A stretch of DNA of 64,000 bases from Opitutaceae bacterium (GCA_051252375.1 JBPOFY010000006.1:118786-182785), one strand, 5' to 3'; shown: positions 19,219 to 30,123, counted from the first letter of the stretch. Notes: generated by a model from the letters alone, not told the origin. Translations and numbers: made by a program.

Positions 19219-21648
19219 ATGGATTTAAGTACTTACCATCAATCTTGGGAAACCAAGAAAACGATACTCAAAATGGCGCAACCAGCAGGTTGGTGGCGCG
19301 ATGCGTTTCCGTTGGGGAATGGCCATCTGGGCGCGATGCCTTATGGTCGGATCTGCGAAGAGCGAATATTGATCAATCACGAACGCCTCTGGTATGGGGG
19401 CATCGTTCCAGAAATTCCCGATTTGTCGGCTTTGCTTCCGGAGTGCCGTGAACTTATCGGACGTGGCGAAATGTTGGCTGCGAATGAGCTCTACTGGGAT
19501 GCTTTGAAAACGCACGGAAAGGAAGGGCGTTGCGCGGTGTATCATCCGGCGGCGGATCTTCGTATCCACAGTGTCGCTCAAAGCCGTTTCCATGATTATC
19601 AGCGGTATCTGGATCTGACAAATGCTGAGAGCATGACTTATTGGGTCTGGGCGAAGCAGCCCCAAATCAGACGTAGTTTTGTGTCACGGGCAGATGATTG
19701 TATTGTTGTGGAGCAACAGGGAAAAGCATTGTCCGTTCAAGAGTGGGAACTGAGCTTAGAACTTCACGATTTGTTTGATGCGATCAAGAAGGATGGCACA
19801 CGCTTTACTCCAAAAATTGCTTTCACCGCCTCAGCAGATGGTGAGTGGATTATGGGCAAAGGCGTTTACACGGACCCACATTATACGCACGATGAGTATG
19901 GTGTAGTCGCACGTGTGATTGCCACCGGTGAGGACGCTCATGTCGCGTTGAACGATAGCGCATCAGGCGTGGTTGTGAGTGCTGCTGATGGCCTCATGGT
20001 GATTGTGAAAGTGTTCGTTTACGAAAATACGGAGTCTGCGATCCCGCGACTGCAGCAAGAAATCTTGGAGTTAGGGGAAAGCTACGAAGCACTTCGCGAG
20101 AAGCACGTAGCTATTCAAAAGCCGCTCTTTGAGGGATGCCATGTTGAGTTTGCTGGATCACGCGAGACCTCAACTTCCAATGAAGTGCTATTACTCGATT
20201 CCTATGGTGGCACGATGTCCGTCGAGCTTCTGCAGAAGATGACGGACTACGGTCGCTACTTGTTGATCAATAGTTCGAATGGGAAATCCGTGCCATCGAA
20301 TTTGCAGGGCATTTGGAATGGCGACTACGCGCCGCCTTGGGATTGTTTCTTTATGATCAATGAGAACTTATTGATGAACTATTGGCAGGCATTACCTGCT
20401 GGTATGAATCAAGAAGTGCTCGGTGTCTTCAGGTTCTACGAGTCGCACATGGAGGATTATCGTGAAAATGCCCGTCAACTATACGGTTGCCGTGGTATTT
20501 TTATTCCAGCACTGACGTCGCCGCAAACAGGCTTATCCGTGCATGGTGGCTCTTGGATTGTTAACTGGATTTCTGGGGCCGGATGGTTGTGCCAGCTCTT
20601 CTATGACTACTATCTCTTTTCCGGCGACAGCACATTCCTGAAGGATAGCCTACTTCCCTTTATGCGGGAAATCGCGATTTTTTATGAAGACTTCTTTACA
20701 TACGATGCAGCAGGCAAGGTGGTGATTTCGCCGTCAACATCTCCTGAAAACTGGTCCAAAGAGGCCTGCGAAATTGAGTCACCCACAGCGATGCATCCAC
20801 GTCTCTGCGTGAATTCCACGATGGACGTGGCGATTGCGCGTGAGCTTTTGGGTAATCTATTGAAGCACGCGCGCGAGTTGGATCTATATGGCGAGAGCCA
20901 TGAGCAATGGGAATGCATGCTGGATGGTTTACCCGAGTATGAGATCAACGAGGCTGGTGCAATTCGTGAGTGGTTAGATCATCGTTTCTCAGACAATTAT
21001 GAGCACCGCCACTTGTCGCATATTTACCCAGTCTTCCCTGGTTTTGAAGTGACTGAGGAGTCGCATCCGAATTTGTATCCTGCCTTTCGTAAAGCAGTCG
21101 ATCTGCGCGGAACGAAAGGACAGAAGGATCAGACCGGTTGGTCTCTGGCACATATGGCAAACATCCGTGCGCGGATGGGTGATAGCGAAAGTGCATACCA
21201 TTGCCTCGAAGCGATCATGCAAACTTGTGTGGGTAAAAACTTTTTCACCTATCACAATGACTATCGCGGATCTGGTATCTCAGTGGATTGGTTCTTTGGT
21301 CATTCCACACCTTTCCAGATTGATGCGAATATGGGCTTCACTGCCGCAGTGTTCGAAATGTTGGTGCAGTCCACTCCAGGCTTAATCAAGCTCTTGCCCG
21401 CTTTGCCGAAAGAAATGCCGGCAGGCAAAGTGACGAACATGCGCACACGTGCAGGTGTAAAGGTCAGCTTTGAGTGGCAAATGGAGCCGTTCAAAGTCAC
21501 AGCTACTTTCCGCTCAAACAAGGACCAGACCATTGGCTTACAGCTTTCGAATAAATGTAAGCAAATCATTCAACTGGATCTAAAAGCAAAGCAGAACCGG
21601 GAACTGACTTGGGTTTTAGAAGACAGTAAGCTAGTCAGTGTCTCTTAA
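19219..21648 (+). CDS. Glycoside hydrolase family 95 (alpha-L-fucosidase-like), no signal peptide
   Basis: PLGNGHLGAM, NLQGIWN, NENLLMNYW, PSTSPEN, HRHLSHIY, FQIDANMG, LLPALP. Start likely ATG 19219. Confidence 0.9.
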   Translation: MDLSTYHQSWETKKTILKMAQPAGWWRDAFPLGNGHLGAMPYGRICEERILINHERLWYGGIVPEIPDLSALLPECRELIGRGEMLAANELYWDALKTHGKEGRCAVYHPAADLRIHSVAQSRFHDYQRYLDLTNAESMTYWVWAKQPQIRRSFVSRADDCIVVEQQGKALSVQEWELSLELHDLFDAIKKDGTRFTPKIAFTASADGEWIMGKGVYTDPHYTHDEYGVVARVIATGEDAHVALNDSASGVVVSAADGLMVIVKVFVYENTESAIPRLQQEILELGESYEALREKHVAIQKPLFEGCHVEFAGSRETSTSNEVLLLDSYGGTMSVELLQKMTDYGRYLLINSSNGKSVPSNLQGIWNGDYAPPWDCFFMINENLLMNYWQALPAGMNQEVLGVFRFYESHMEDYRENARQLYGCRGIFIPALTSPQTGLSVHGGSWIVNWISGAGWLCQLFYDYYLFSGDSTFLKDSLLPFMREIAIFYEDFFTYDAAGKVVISPSTSPENWSKEACEIESPTAMHPRLCVNSTMDVAIARELLGNLLKHARELDLYGESHEQWECMLDGLPEYEINEAGAIREWLDHRFSDNYEHRHLSHIYPVFPGFEVTEESHPNLYPAFRKAVDLRGTKGQKDQTGWSLAHMANIRARMGDSESAYHCLEAIMQTCVGKNFFTYHNDYRGSGISVDWFFGHSTPFQIDANMGFTAAVFEMLVQSTPGLIKLLPALPKEMPAGKVTNMRTRAGVKVSFEWQMEPFKVTATFRSNKDQTIGLQLSNKCKQIIQLDLKAKQNRELTWVLEDSKLVSVS

Positions 21649-21660
21649 TCGCCGTTTCCT

Positions 21661-24126
21661 ATGACCAGTTCTCCTTCAAATAGTCCTATCTGGGCACGTG
21701 TATTTACATGTGCGCTTTTGCTTGCGGGCATCATCACTAGTGCATGCACGGCGACGCCGGAATCGACTAGCGAGGGCGATCAATGGAGCATGCCATCGCA
21801 GACCGATCAAATTCATCTCTCTTGGATCGCCGGTCCGCCTCAGATGCAGGTCTTTCAGCCTTACGATAGTCATCTTAAAGGTTTCAGGGAAGATGCGGCT
21901 GTATTGTCGTTTCGTAGTGAAAAGTGGGGGATGCTGATCGATCCGATTCAGATGAAGGTCGATCGTTTCACACTGCAACCGACGTCGGATGCTGTGAATG
22001 AAACCTTAGCTTATACAGATGTGTTGAGTAACTGGTCGCAGAGCTTGCTCGAAATGCGTGTCGAAGTGCGGGGTAAGATATACCGCGTAAAGCAGGGGAA
22101 GGCGGCTTCTGAATATGAGAATAATCGTTACTCGCCGATACATATTGTGGAAAGTGGCACGTGGTTTCAGCACGTTGCGATCTATGATTTCGATTTGGTT
22201 GCTGATAGTGGTGAAAAACTTGAAGCGAAAACATGGCTGGAGATTCGTGCATGGGGAGATAAATGCCTATTTGAGTGGTTCGTTATTCCCGAGCAATCTA
22301 TGCGGACCAAGCTTGCCATTACATTGAGTTCTCGCGCAGCCGGATTTTCGGAAACTGCGGCTGCCAATGGGGCTGCGCGCGTGCAATTGGGTGTCGGATT
22401 CGATGGTGGCGTTGTGCGTCAACTGGAGCTACAAAATTCAGTTAAAGTAGCGGCGAAGGCGAACAACGATTTTACGCCGAAGCAACCGGATGTGCTGTAT
22501 TCTGATGTCACTGACGCATGGGAAGTGCGAATCCCTCGGCAAAAATGGCCAAGAGCAAAATCAGGCGCAGCGTTTAACTTAGAGTTGTTGGACCGGATCT
22601 CCAGTTATGACCTCGTTCTGGAAAATGTTGCTGATGAGCCGCGCGATGTCTGCCTCCGTTTTATCCATGATTACCATCCTGTAGCGGGCTATGTGCCGAT
22701 GATACTCGATGAGATGGGCCAACAAACAGGCCTGCCTCTGCAGAATAGTAAGAATTGGCACTCCTTACCTGAGGAGCCTTATCCTTACGAAGGCACTTGG
22801 ATTAATATCACCGCGCGTTTGACCTTAGCGCCTAAGAGTCAGGTCGATTTTGAATACATTGTCGCGCACGCGCTTTGGCAGGGAGTGCCCGCGTCCTCAG
22901 CTGCGCAATTGTCTTTAGTTGGTTGGGGCTACAATGGTTTTTGGACTCAGATGGCACTAGGTGCTTGGGGTGAGACAGTTTGCATACAACCGGGGCGCAC
23001 CATGCGTCGCGCGTTTATAACAGATGTTCGCCCGTTCGAAGTTCTCAGTCAGAACGATTTACCTTATGACTGGACGACGAATGTCGGTGGTGGCGATGTC
23101 GCTCGTGTTACCGATGCAGATGGTAAGTATGTCCCATGGCTTGGCACTGTTCGTCAATTTGAAAGGATCGGTCCGAATCTTTCGCATGTTAATGTCGTTG
23201 AACGTTCACCGGATGAAAAGATGCGTTTGAGTATCGATACCTATCTGCCGCGCAGTAATTCGATCCACCGTTCCTATTTCACTGCTAAGTTGGAGTTTTT
23301 GAATGATGTGGAGCTGAGCGACCTCGCACTTTTTCAGCTGGCTAGCGATTACTACAATGAAATGGAGTCGCAAAAAATTGCATGGGGTAATGCCGACACA
23401 TTGCTCGGCGAACAAACTCCACCCGTTGAGGAGTGGGGAACTGTCGTGGCTGCGCAACCACTATCTGGGGAGCAACCATGGGTGAGCTTATTTGCCAATA
23501 CGCCGGACACAGAAACGCGTGGCCGTGGTGTGCGCGGCATCGTCTTGCGGCACTTTAGAGCGCAGATCAATGGTGAGACTTACAATACACCCCATGTCCG
23601 TGCCGGACGAACAATGTCGCGTTTGAATGCTGAACTCGTGCTGCCAGACGGGGTGACAACCTTTAAGGCAGGTGACTTTATTGAGTGGACCGTTGAGCTC
23701 GATGCTTTCCCTCTAACCGCGGAGGCTTACTACGGTTCGAACAAAGTGTTGAAAGAACGTCTGGCTGCAACGCCTGACAGTTGGGAATTAATCGCATTCG
23801 AATCGCGCTTCCAAGGGCTGCAAGTTAATGGGCAAGCTCAGGTGTTCCCAGCAACGTATCAAGCGACGGATGCCCCAGAGCAGTCTATTCGTGTGAGTAG
23901 CACTTCCAGCATGGAAACCATTATTATACAGGGTTTAGGTCAGCCTGATACTTGGAAAATAATGGAAGTCGTCGATGGGGCATCGAATGAACTCGGCGCT
24001 AGATTTTCAGCAGAGGCAAAGCCACAGATTGATTATGATCCAGACACCAAAGATTGGTCTGCCGTGTTGTCATTGATTTTCTCTGAAGGTGCAAAGGATC
24101 GAGCGTTCGTTCTGAAAGTGCAGTAG
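21661..24126 (+). CDS. Large exported hypothetical protein (possible lipoprotein), co-transcribed with GH95
   Basis: 821-aa ORF starting 13 bp after GH95; lipobox-like ITSA-C; aromatic-rich, beta-rich composition; no recognisable family. Confidence 0.7.
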   Translation: MTSSPSNSPIWARVFTCALLLAGIITSACTATPESTSEGDQWSMPSQTDQIHLSWIAGPPQMQVFQPYDSHLKGFREDAAVLSFRSEKWGMLIDPIQMKVDRFTLQPTSDAVNETLAYTDVLSNWSQSLLEMRVEVRGKIYRVKQGKAASEYENNRYSPIHIVESGTWFQHVAIYDFDLVADSGEKLEAKTWLEIRAWGDKCLFEWFVIPEQSMRTKLAITLSSRAAGFSETAAANGAARVQLGVGFDGGVVRQLELQNSVKVAAKANNDFTPKQPDVLYSDVTDAWEVRIPRQKWPRAKSGAAFNLELLDRISSYDLVLENVADEPRDVCLRFIHDYHPVAGYVPMILDEMGQQTGLPLQNSKNWHSLPEEPYPYEGTWINITARLTLAPKSQVDFEYIVAHALWQGVPASSAAQLSLVGWGYNGFWTQMALGAWGETVCIQPGRTMRRAFITDVRPFEVLSQNDLPYDWTTNVGGGDVARVTDADGKYVPWLGTVRQFERIGPNLSHVNVVERSPDEKMRLSIDTYLPRSNSIHRSYFTAKLEFLNDVELSDLALFQLASDYYNEMESQKIAWGNADTLLGEQTPPVEEWGTVVAAQPLSGEQPWVSLFANTPDTETRGRGVRGIVLRHFRAQINGETYNTPHVRAGRTMSRLNAELVLPDGVTTFKAGDFIEWTVELDAFPLTAEAYYGSNKVLKERLAATPDSWELIAFESRFQGLQVNGQAQVFPATYQATDAPEQSIRVSSTSSMETIIIQGLGQPDTWKIMEVVDGASNELGARFSAEAKPQIDYDPDTKDWSAVLSLIFSEGAKDRAFVLKVQ

Positions 24127-24135
24127 GTATTGGTT

Positions 24136-24324
24136 GGTAGCACAGGCGCGTCTCGCTACCTTAAGCATCTAAGGGTAGAGGCGGTCGTCCCGACCGCCAT
24201 TGTGTCGAATCTGGTCATTGTCGTTCGCTCCTAATACGGTTGAGCTGCTCAGACATGTGGCGATGGGGACCATCGCCGCTACCTTTTTTTGGCACGCATC
24301 AATCACGAGGCAGGCGTCCCTACC
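24136..24324. repeat. Cluster of GTAG-type REP-like palindromes including an inverted doublet
   Basis: GGTAGAGGCGGTCGTCCCGACCGCC (24174-24198) and inverted GGCGATGGGGACCATCGCCGCTACC (24259-24283), plus flanking GGTAG/CTACC-ended hairpins; lies between convergent genes. Confidence 0.65.
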
Positions 24325-24355
24325 AAATACTATCGACTGATCGCCGTCTGCTTGA

Positions 24356-27300
24356 CTACAGCCTTAGCAACTTCTTCCACGCCTCCCATGAATTGCTCAG
24401 GGCGATTCTTATATCTTCTGCGATGAGCAAGATCATCGGCAACAGAATCAAAGTAATTCCTGTGGCAAACATCACCCCGAATCCGACGGAGACCGCCATT
24501 GGCTTTAGGAATTGAGCTTGGACGGAAGTTTCCGCTAGTAAGGGAATCAATCCGACAAAAGTGGTGAGCGTTGTCAGTAAGATCGCGCGGAAACGTTCGC
24601 CGCCTGCACGCACGATCATGTCGGCAAGGGAAAGACCTTTGGTTTCGCGTTTTAAGTCATCGATGCGATAGACCAATACGAGCGAGTCATTGACCACGAT
24701 CCCGCTCAACGCGAGGATGCCGAAGATCGAGAGAATGCTGACTGAAATTCCGATCAAGTAGTGCCCAAGCAATGCTCCGATGATGCCGAACGGTATCACC
24801 GACATAATGAAGAGTGGCTTGATGTAGGATTTTAAAGGGATCGCGATTAAGATATAGATTAGGATGATCGATAGCACGAATCCTGACTTCAAAGAGGACA
24901 TCGATTTTCCACGTTGTTCCGCTTCACCAAAAAGGTTGATGCTGATATTTGGGTGTTCAGCTAAAAAGGTGGGGAAGTATTCTTCGGCTAGAAGTGCTAG
25001 CACGTCGTCGCCAGTGGTGATGGTTTTGTCGATCTCTGCCTTGACGGTCACAATACGGTTGAAGTCGGAGCGCTCGATAGATGCTAGTGAGTCGCCGTAT
25101 TTGGATTCAGCCACGATGGAGAGTGGCACGGCAGTGCCGTCGTTGGCGCGTATCCGCATACTACGAAAAGTTTCCAGGTCGGTGCGATCTTCATAGGGAT
25201 AACGAACCATGACTTTAACTTCGTCTCGGCCGCGCTGTATGCGTTGGGCTTCTTTGCCGAAGAAGGCACTGCGGATATTGTTGGCCAAGGTGCGCTTGTC
25301 GAAACCAGCGGCTTCGCCTTCGGGCGTGATGGAGACTTGAATCTCTGGGCGGCCGGAATCGAAGGTGTCTTGTATGTCGAAAACTCCAGCGTAGGTGGCA
25401 ATCTTCACCTTCATTGCTTCAGCAGCGACATGGAGGTCCTCAAGTGACTCACTGACCAGTTGTATGTTTAGCCCCTGGCCGCGCGGACCTGCTGCCCCAG
25501 AGAATGTGAGGCCTTTGGCTCCGGCGATGGGACGGACCTTGGCACGCCATGCTTTGACGATGTCTGCGGTCGAAATGCTGCGAGTTTCTGACATCGTGAG
25601 TTCGGCTGCGATGGCTGCGCTGACATTTGACGATGCGGAAACTGAAATGTGACGAATGATGGTGTCGCCGGATTTTTCTTCGAGCTCTCGAACCGCCTCT
25701 TGTAGTGCGGCGGTGATGCGGTCGGCGTTCTCATGTAAGTAATCGACAGGTAGGCCCTGTTCGAGTTCAAGATTCGCCGAGATGGAGTCACGGTAAATAG
25801 TGGGGAAGAAGACAAAGCGTAAGTTCCCTGATGGAATCAAACCGCCGACCATGAGGAGCACGGCTATAAAGGCTGCCAGTGTTATGTAGCGGTAGGGGAT
25901 TAATAAACGTATCGCTGGTTGGTAGATCTTTGTTACGAAGTGGTTCAATCCGCGTGCGATACCACCTTGAAAGTTTGCCCATTTTTTCGAGATGAAATTT
26001 TTCGGAGGCTGGTTGACCTTAATATGATTGAGGTGAGAGGGCAGTATGAGTTTCGACTCAATCAGCGAGAAGATCAGGCACAGGATCACAGCAGTCGCTA
26101 TTTGCCCGAAGACATTTCCCATTCTGCCAGTGACTTGAGTCAATGGATAGAAAGCCGCAATGGTCGTAAGCACACCGAAGGTCGCGGGTGTGACGACGCG
26201 TGAAACCCCTTTGACGGTCGAATGGAGATCCCGGTGTTTTTCAGTCAGTTCGTCTTCGGCTTCTTTTTCTGTGTAGATCGATTCCCCGATCACGATGGCG
26301 TCATCGACAATGATGCCCAATACGATGATGAACGCGAAAGCAGTCAGCTGGTTGAGCGAGATGTCGATGAATTCGATGGGGAAGCATGCCAGGGCACCTG
26401 CGATCGAGATGGGGATGCCTAGTGCGACCCAGAATGCCAGCCGCAGGTTGAGGAAAAGCGCGAGCACGATGAGCACTAGTATGCAGCCGAATAGACCGTT
26501 GCTGATGAGTAGCGATAGGCGTGAGCGGATGGGCTCTGAGCCATCGTCCCAGGATGTCAAAGTAATGCCTGCGGGGAGTCCATGCGTCTCTGCATAGCTG
26601 GAGACGAATGCGGCGGCTTCCTTCGCTATGACGATGATGTCGCCTCTGCCTTCGGAGACGACTTGTATGCCGACAGTGGGTTCGCCATCAAAACGGCTGA
26701 GCTTTTTCTGGTCGACGAATCCGTCGCGAATATCAGCGACATCGCCGAGATATATACGGGTGCCTTCTGCGGTAGTGCGGAGGGGGATTTTGGCGAAGTC
26801 TTCGGCAACGTAGGCTTGTGACTTGGAACGCACGGAGATGTCGCCGCTATCACTACGCACCACACCAGCTGAGAGGTCGATCGAGTTGCTGGAAATAGCT
26901 GCGCTGACTTCATCGAAGGTTAAGTTATACAACCGTAGTTGTGTTTCGGATACTTCGATCGATATCTCATAATCGCGAGTTCCTGTTGTTTCGACGAGTG
27001 TGACGCTGTCTAGCTTGAGTAAATCATCGCGCAGGGTGCGGGCTGTTTCTTTGAGTAATTCCTCTGAGACATCACCATGCACGTCCACACGTAGAATGTC
27101 GTGACTGCGTTTTCTTTCAGAGAGCACTGGTTTCTCGGCTTCCTCGGGGAAGCTGGAGATGGCATCGACTTGGATCTTTATCTCGTCGAGTAGCTTTTGG
27201 ATTGGGTAGTCTTCGATGGCATCGACAACAATTGACGCACTGGATTCTGTAGAAGTGCTGGAAATATGGTCGATACCTTCGATGCCCTGCAGTGCTTCTT

Positions 27301-27520
27301 CGATTTTAATGGAGACGCCACGTTCTACATCTTCGGGTGTGCCGCCACGGAAGGGCACTTTGATTCTCACGCTTTCAGCTTCGAAGGACGGGAAGGCTTC
27401 TTTGCGCACGTTAATCGCGGAATGAACGCCCAATGCTAGGATGATAAGCAGCAGGATGTTTGCGACGACGGAGTTGCTGCAAAACCAAGCAATGATTGGA
27501 TGCTTTTTAATCGGATCCAT
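24356..27520 (-). CDS. RND efflux transporter permease (AcrB/AcrD/AcrF family)
   Basis: 1054 aa; GIIVDDAIVIGE, GIVVNDSLVLV, RFRAILLTTLTT, FLKPMAVS. Confidence 0.93.
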   Translation of the reverse strand: MDPIKKHPIIAWFCSNSVVANILLLIILALGVHSAINVRKEAFPSFEAESVRIKVPFRGGTPEDVERGVSIKIEEALQGIEGIDHISSTSTESSASIVVDAIEDYPIQKLLDEIKIQVDAISSFPEEAEKPVLSERKRSHDILRVDVHGDVSEELLKETARTLRDDLLKLDSVTLVETTGTRDYEISIEVSETQLRLYNLTFDEVSAAISSNSIDLSAGVVRSDSGDISVRSKSQAYVAEDFAKIPLRTTAEGTRIYLGDVADIRDGFVDQKKLSRFDGEPTVGIQVVSEGRGDIIVIAKEAAAFVSSYAETHGLPAGITLTSWDDGSEPIRSRLSLLISNGLFGCILVLIVLALFLNLRLAFWVALGIPISIAGALACFPIEFIDISLNQLTAFAFIIVLGIIVDDAIVIGESIYTEKEAEDELTEKHRDLHSTVKGVSRVVTPATFGVLTTIAAFYPLTQVTGRMGNVFGQIATAVILCLIFSLIESKLILPSHLNHIKVNQPPKNFISKKWANFQGGIARGLNHFVTKIYQPAIRLLIPYRYITLAAFIAVLLMVGGLIPSGNLRFVFFPTIYRDSISANLELEQGLPVDYLHENADRITAALQEAVRELEEKSGDTIIRHISVSASSNVSAAIAAELTMSETRSISTADIVKAWRAKVRPIAGAKGLTFSGAAGPRGQGLNIQLVSESLEDLHVAAEAMKVKIATYAGVFDIQDTFDSGRPEIQVSITPEGEAAGFDKRTLANNIRSAFFGKEAQRIQRGRDEVKVMVRYPYEDRTDLETFRSMRIRANDGTAVPLSIVAESKYGDSLASIERSDFNRIVTVKAEIDKTITTGDDVLALLAEEYFPTFLAEHPNISINLFGEAEQRGKSMSSLKSGFVLSIILIYILIAIPLKSYIKPLFIMSVIPFGIIGALLGHYLIGISVSILSIFGILALSGIVVNDSLVLVYRIDDLKRETKGLSLADMIVRAGGERFRAILLTTLTTFVGLIPLLAETSVQAQFLKPMAVSVGFGVMFATGITLILLPMILLIAEDIRIALSNSWEAWKKLLRL

Positions 27521-27521
27521 G

Positions 27522-28691
27522 CTATTTATTCGCTGAGATTGGTTTCACGGTTTGGTCTTCGCGGAAAGAGGCCAGCGGTCGGGTAGCGATCTTGACTACG
27601 CTCTCCTGTGGTAAATCGATTTGCACAATCAAGTTATCTCCGTCGGCTAGCAGGCGCGTGACGGCTTGTTTCTTGAGTAGGTTTTCTCCATCCACAATCC
27701 AGACGAAATGGTCTTCGATTAGCGCGGTGTTGGGGATCAGGTGGACAGCATCGATCGTGCTGACTTCGATCCTAGCATCTACAAATGCACCAATGGGCAG
27801 AAAGGCATTGGGATCCTCGAAAGGAGCTTCGATTTCACCGATAACATAGATGACTTGATTCTGCGTATCGACGCTCGGCTCTGTGCGTGTGATTGTAGCT
27901 GTCCAAGACGTGTCTGGCTGGCTCGGCGTGGTGATGATCGCAATCAGTTCGCTGCTGTTTTCGGTTTGGTTACGGAGCGGTAGCTGAATGCGTCTCACTT
28001 GATCGGGGGTGAGTGGTAGACGAACTTCAGCCCGTTCTTTGGCGATTAGCACGCCGAGCTGACTCCCCGAGTTGACGACGTTGCCGGGGCTAGCAGTGCG
28101 GCTTTGAACGATGGCGTCGTATGGTGCGACAATCTTTGTGCGACTGAGGTCGAGCTTGGCTATATCTAAGTTGGCCTGAGCTGAATCGACATTTGCTTTT
28201 GCGGCACCCAGCTGTGGTTTGCGCAAGGTCAGTTCGGTGGCGTCTTCCAGTTTTCGACCCGATTCTGTCCAATCTTTCGCTGCCAATTCGGAGCGAATCA
28301 TTTCTTCAGCAAGTGCTTGTTCGGCGGTGGCGAGTGAGGCTTTTCTTTGTGCGATTACGGCGAGATAATCGGCAGGATCAATTTCCAGTAAGCGCTCACC
28401 TTTTTTAACGACTTGTCCGGCATTGAAGGAAGGAGCGATGTTAATGATTTCGCCGGATACTTGAGCGGATAGTTTAGCTTCATAGTAGCTCCGTGTGTTG
28501 CCGTATGTGGTGATGCTTGGCGTGATGCTGTGCGCGGTTGATTCAACTATTCTTACGCCGGGAATGACTACAGGTGGTGTTTTGGCCACTCGTTCGGGTT
28601 TGCTCGCGATCATGTGCTTAACCGCGAGGAATGCGATGAGAACGATAAGTGGCAGTAGAGCCAGGTTGAGTAAGCGTTGATAGTTCGTCAT
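27522..28691 (-). CDS. RND efflux periplasmic adaptor (membrane fusion protein)
   Basis: N-terminal TM, lipoyl halves AQVSGEI...GQVVKKGE and TKIVAPYDA, central coiled coil. Start likely ATG 28691. Confidence 0.9.
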   Translation of the reverse strand: MTNYQRLLNLALLPLIVLIAFLAVKHMIASKPERVAKTPPVVIPGVRIVESTAHSITPSITTYGNTRSYYEAKLSAQVSGEIINIAPSFNAGQVVKKGERLLEIDPADYLAVIAQRKASLATAEQALAEEMIRSELAAKDWTESGRKLEDATELTLRKPQLGAAKANVDSAQANLDIAKLDLSRTKIVAPYDAIVQSRTASPGNVVNSGSQLGVLIAKERAEVRLPLTPDQVRRIQLPLRNQTENSSELIAIITTPSQPDTSWTATITRTEPSVDTQNQVIYVIGEIEAPFEDPNAFLPIGAFVDARIEVSTIDAVHLIPNTALIEDHFVWIVDGENLLKKQAVTRLLADGDNLIVQIDLPQESVVKIATRPLASFREDQTVKPISANK

Positions 28692-28725
28692 GAGATCAAT
28701 GTTTCGAAATTTGTAGAAGTGTCGG

Positions 28726-30123
28726 CTATACGCCTCGACCAATGGCGAGCGCGAGGCTCACTCGATTCGTGAGGCGAGCAGCATGCAGGTTGATCGTGCG
28801 CTCTTCGGTCGAAAAGACACGGCGTTGTGCTTCAAGTAGAGTGAGAATATCAGTCAGTCCTGATTCATAATCGCGGAGGGTCTTAGCCTCTGCACTACGT
28901 GCGGCTTTCAAAGCTTCTAGGCGAGCGGTCGCTTCGTTGAGTAAGTAACGCTCAGCGCTGAGTGCATTTTCAACTTCGCGAAATGCGTTGAGCACGACGG
29001 ACCGATAGCTTTGGTAGGCTTGCTCCGCGCGTTTGCCAGCAGCACCTAATTCAGCTCGACGCAAACCAGCGTCAAATAGGGGGGCCGAGACTTGGCCCGC
29101 GAGTGACCAGACGTCAAAGCCACTGCGTCCGAGATTCGAGAGTGTATCGGAGCTGCGACCTCCACTAGCTGTTAAGGTAAAGGTGGGGAACAAGTCAGCG
29201 TAGGCCACTTTGACGCGGGCATCGGCGGCGAGTATTCGTTGATAGGCGGCAACAATGTCGGGACGGACGAGCAGTAGGTCGGAGGGTAGGCCTGCAGGCA
29301 CGGTGCGCTCTAGCGATGGCCAGTTGCGCACGGCGATCAGTGAGGCGTCTGGGTATTGCCCGAGTAAAGTTTGTAGGGAGCGAGCGGCTTGGTTGCGGTC
29401 TTCAGTTGCAGATTGATAGTCGGCCCGCGCATTGGCTGCGTCAGTCCGTGCGAGTTCGAGCGCGGCTAGGGTAGCCGTGCCTGATTCGTATTGCCGGGTG
29501 AGCAGTCGTTCGGTGTCAGCTAAGCTGTCACGGCGGCGCTCTGCGAGATCGAGTAGTTTGCCCTGGGTGATCAGGTTGAACCAACTTTGCATCGACTGCG
29601 CGACGAGTGATTGCTGGGCCGCTTCATAGTTAGCGGTCAGTGCAGCATTGTTGGCTTTGCTGGCTTTAACACTGTTACGAATGCCTCCCCATACATCGAC
29701 TTCCCAGCGTGCGTCTAAGCCCGCGGAGTAGGATGACGTGGTTGCTTTGCTGTTACCTCCAGAACGACCGGCAGAACCGTCGGCTGAAAGAGAAGGGAAG
29801 AGACCTGCTTGAGCCTTCTTTAAGTTGAAGTTGGATTCTTCCAGCTGTGCGTATACGGCGAGTAAGTTGGGATTGTTAGCAAGGGCCGTCTGGCTGAGCT
29901 CCGCCAGTTGTGGGTCTTGAAAAAGTTCTAAGAGTGAGTCGACCAACTGTGGAGCCTCCATTTGCCCACTTGCATATGTCTTAGGAGTCAGAACTGCCTC
30001 TTCTAGGCGCGCAGCTTGCTTTTCAGGAGTGCTCACACAGCCACTGATGAACAGCATGGCAGTGGTCAATAGGAGCGAGGGTCGCATACCTTTTTTCAGG
30101 CTATGATAGGTTTTAGGAAACAT
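28726..30123 (-). CDS. Efflux outer membrane factor lipoprotein (OprM/NodT family)
   Basis: Lipobox FISG-C, ALANNPNL, WEVDVWG, PSDLLLVRPDI, AFREVENAL. Confidence 0.9.
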   Translation of the reverse strand: MFPKTYHSLKKGMRPSLLLTTAMLFISGCVSTPEKQAARLEEAVLTPKTYASGQMEAPQLVDSLLELFQDPQLAELSQTALANNPNLLAVYAQLEESNFNLKKAQAGLFPSLSADGSAGRSGGNSKATTSSYSAGLDARWEVDVWGGIRNSVKASKANNAALTANYEAAQQSLVAQSMQSWFNLITQGKLLDLAERRRDSLADTERLLTRQYESGTATLAALELARTDAANARADYQSATEDRNQAARSLQTLLGQYPDASLIAVRNWPSLERTVPAGLPSDLLLVRPDIVAAYQRILAADARVKVAYADLFPTFTLTASGGRSSDTLSNLGRSGFDVWSLAGQVSAPLFDAGLRRAELGAAGKRAEQAYQSYRSVVLNAFREVENALSAERYLLNEATARLEALKAARSAEAKTLRDYESGLTDILTLLEAQRRVFSTEERTINLHAARLTNRVSLALAIGRGV

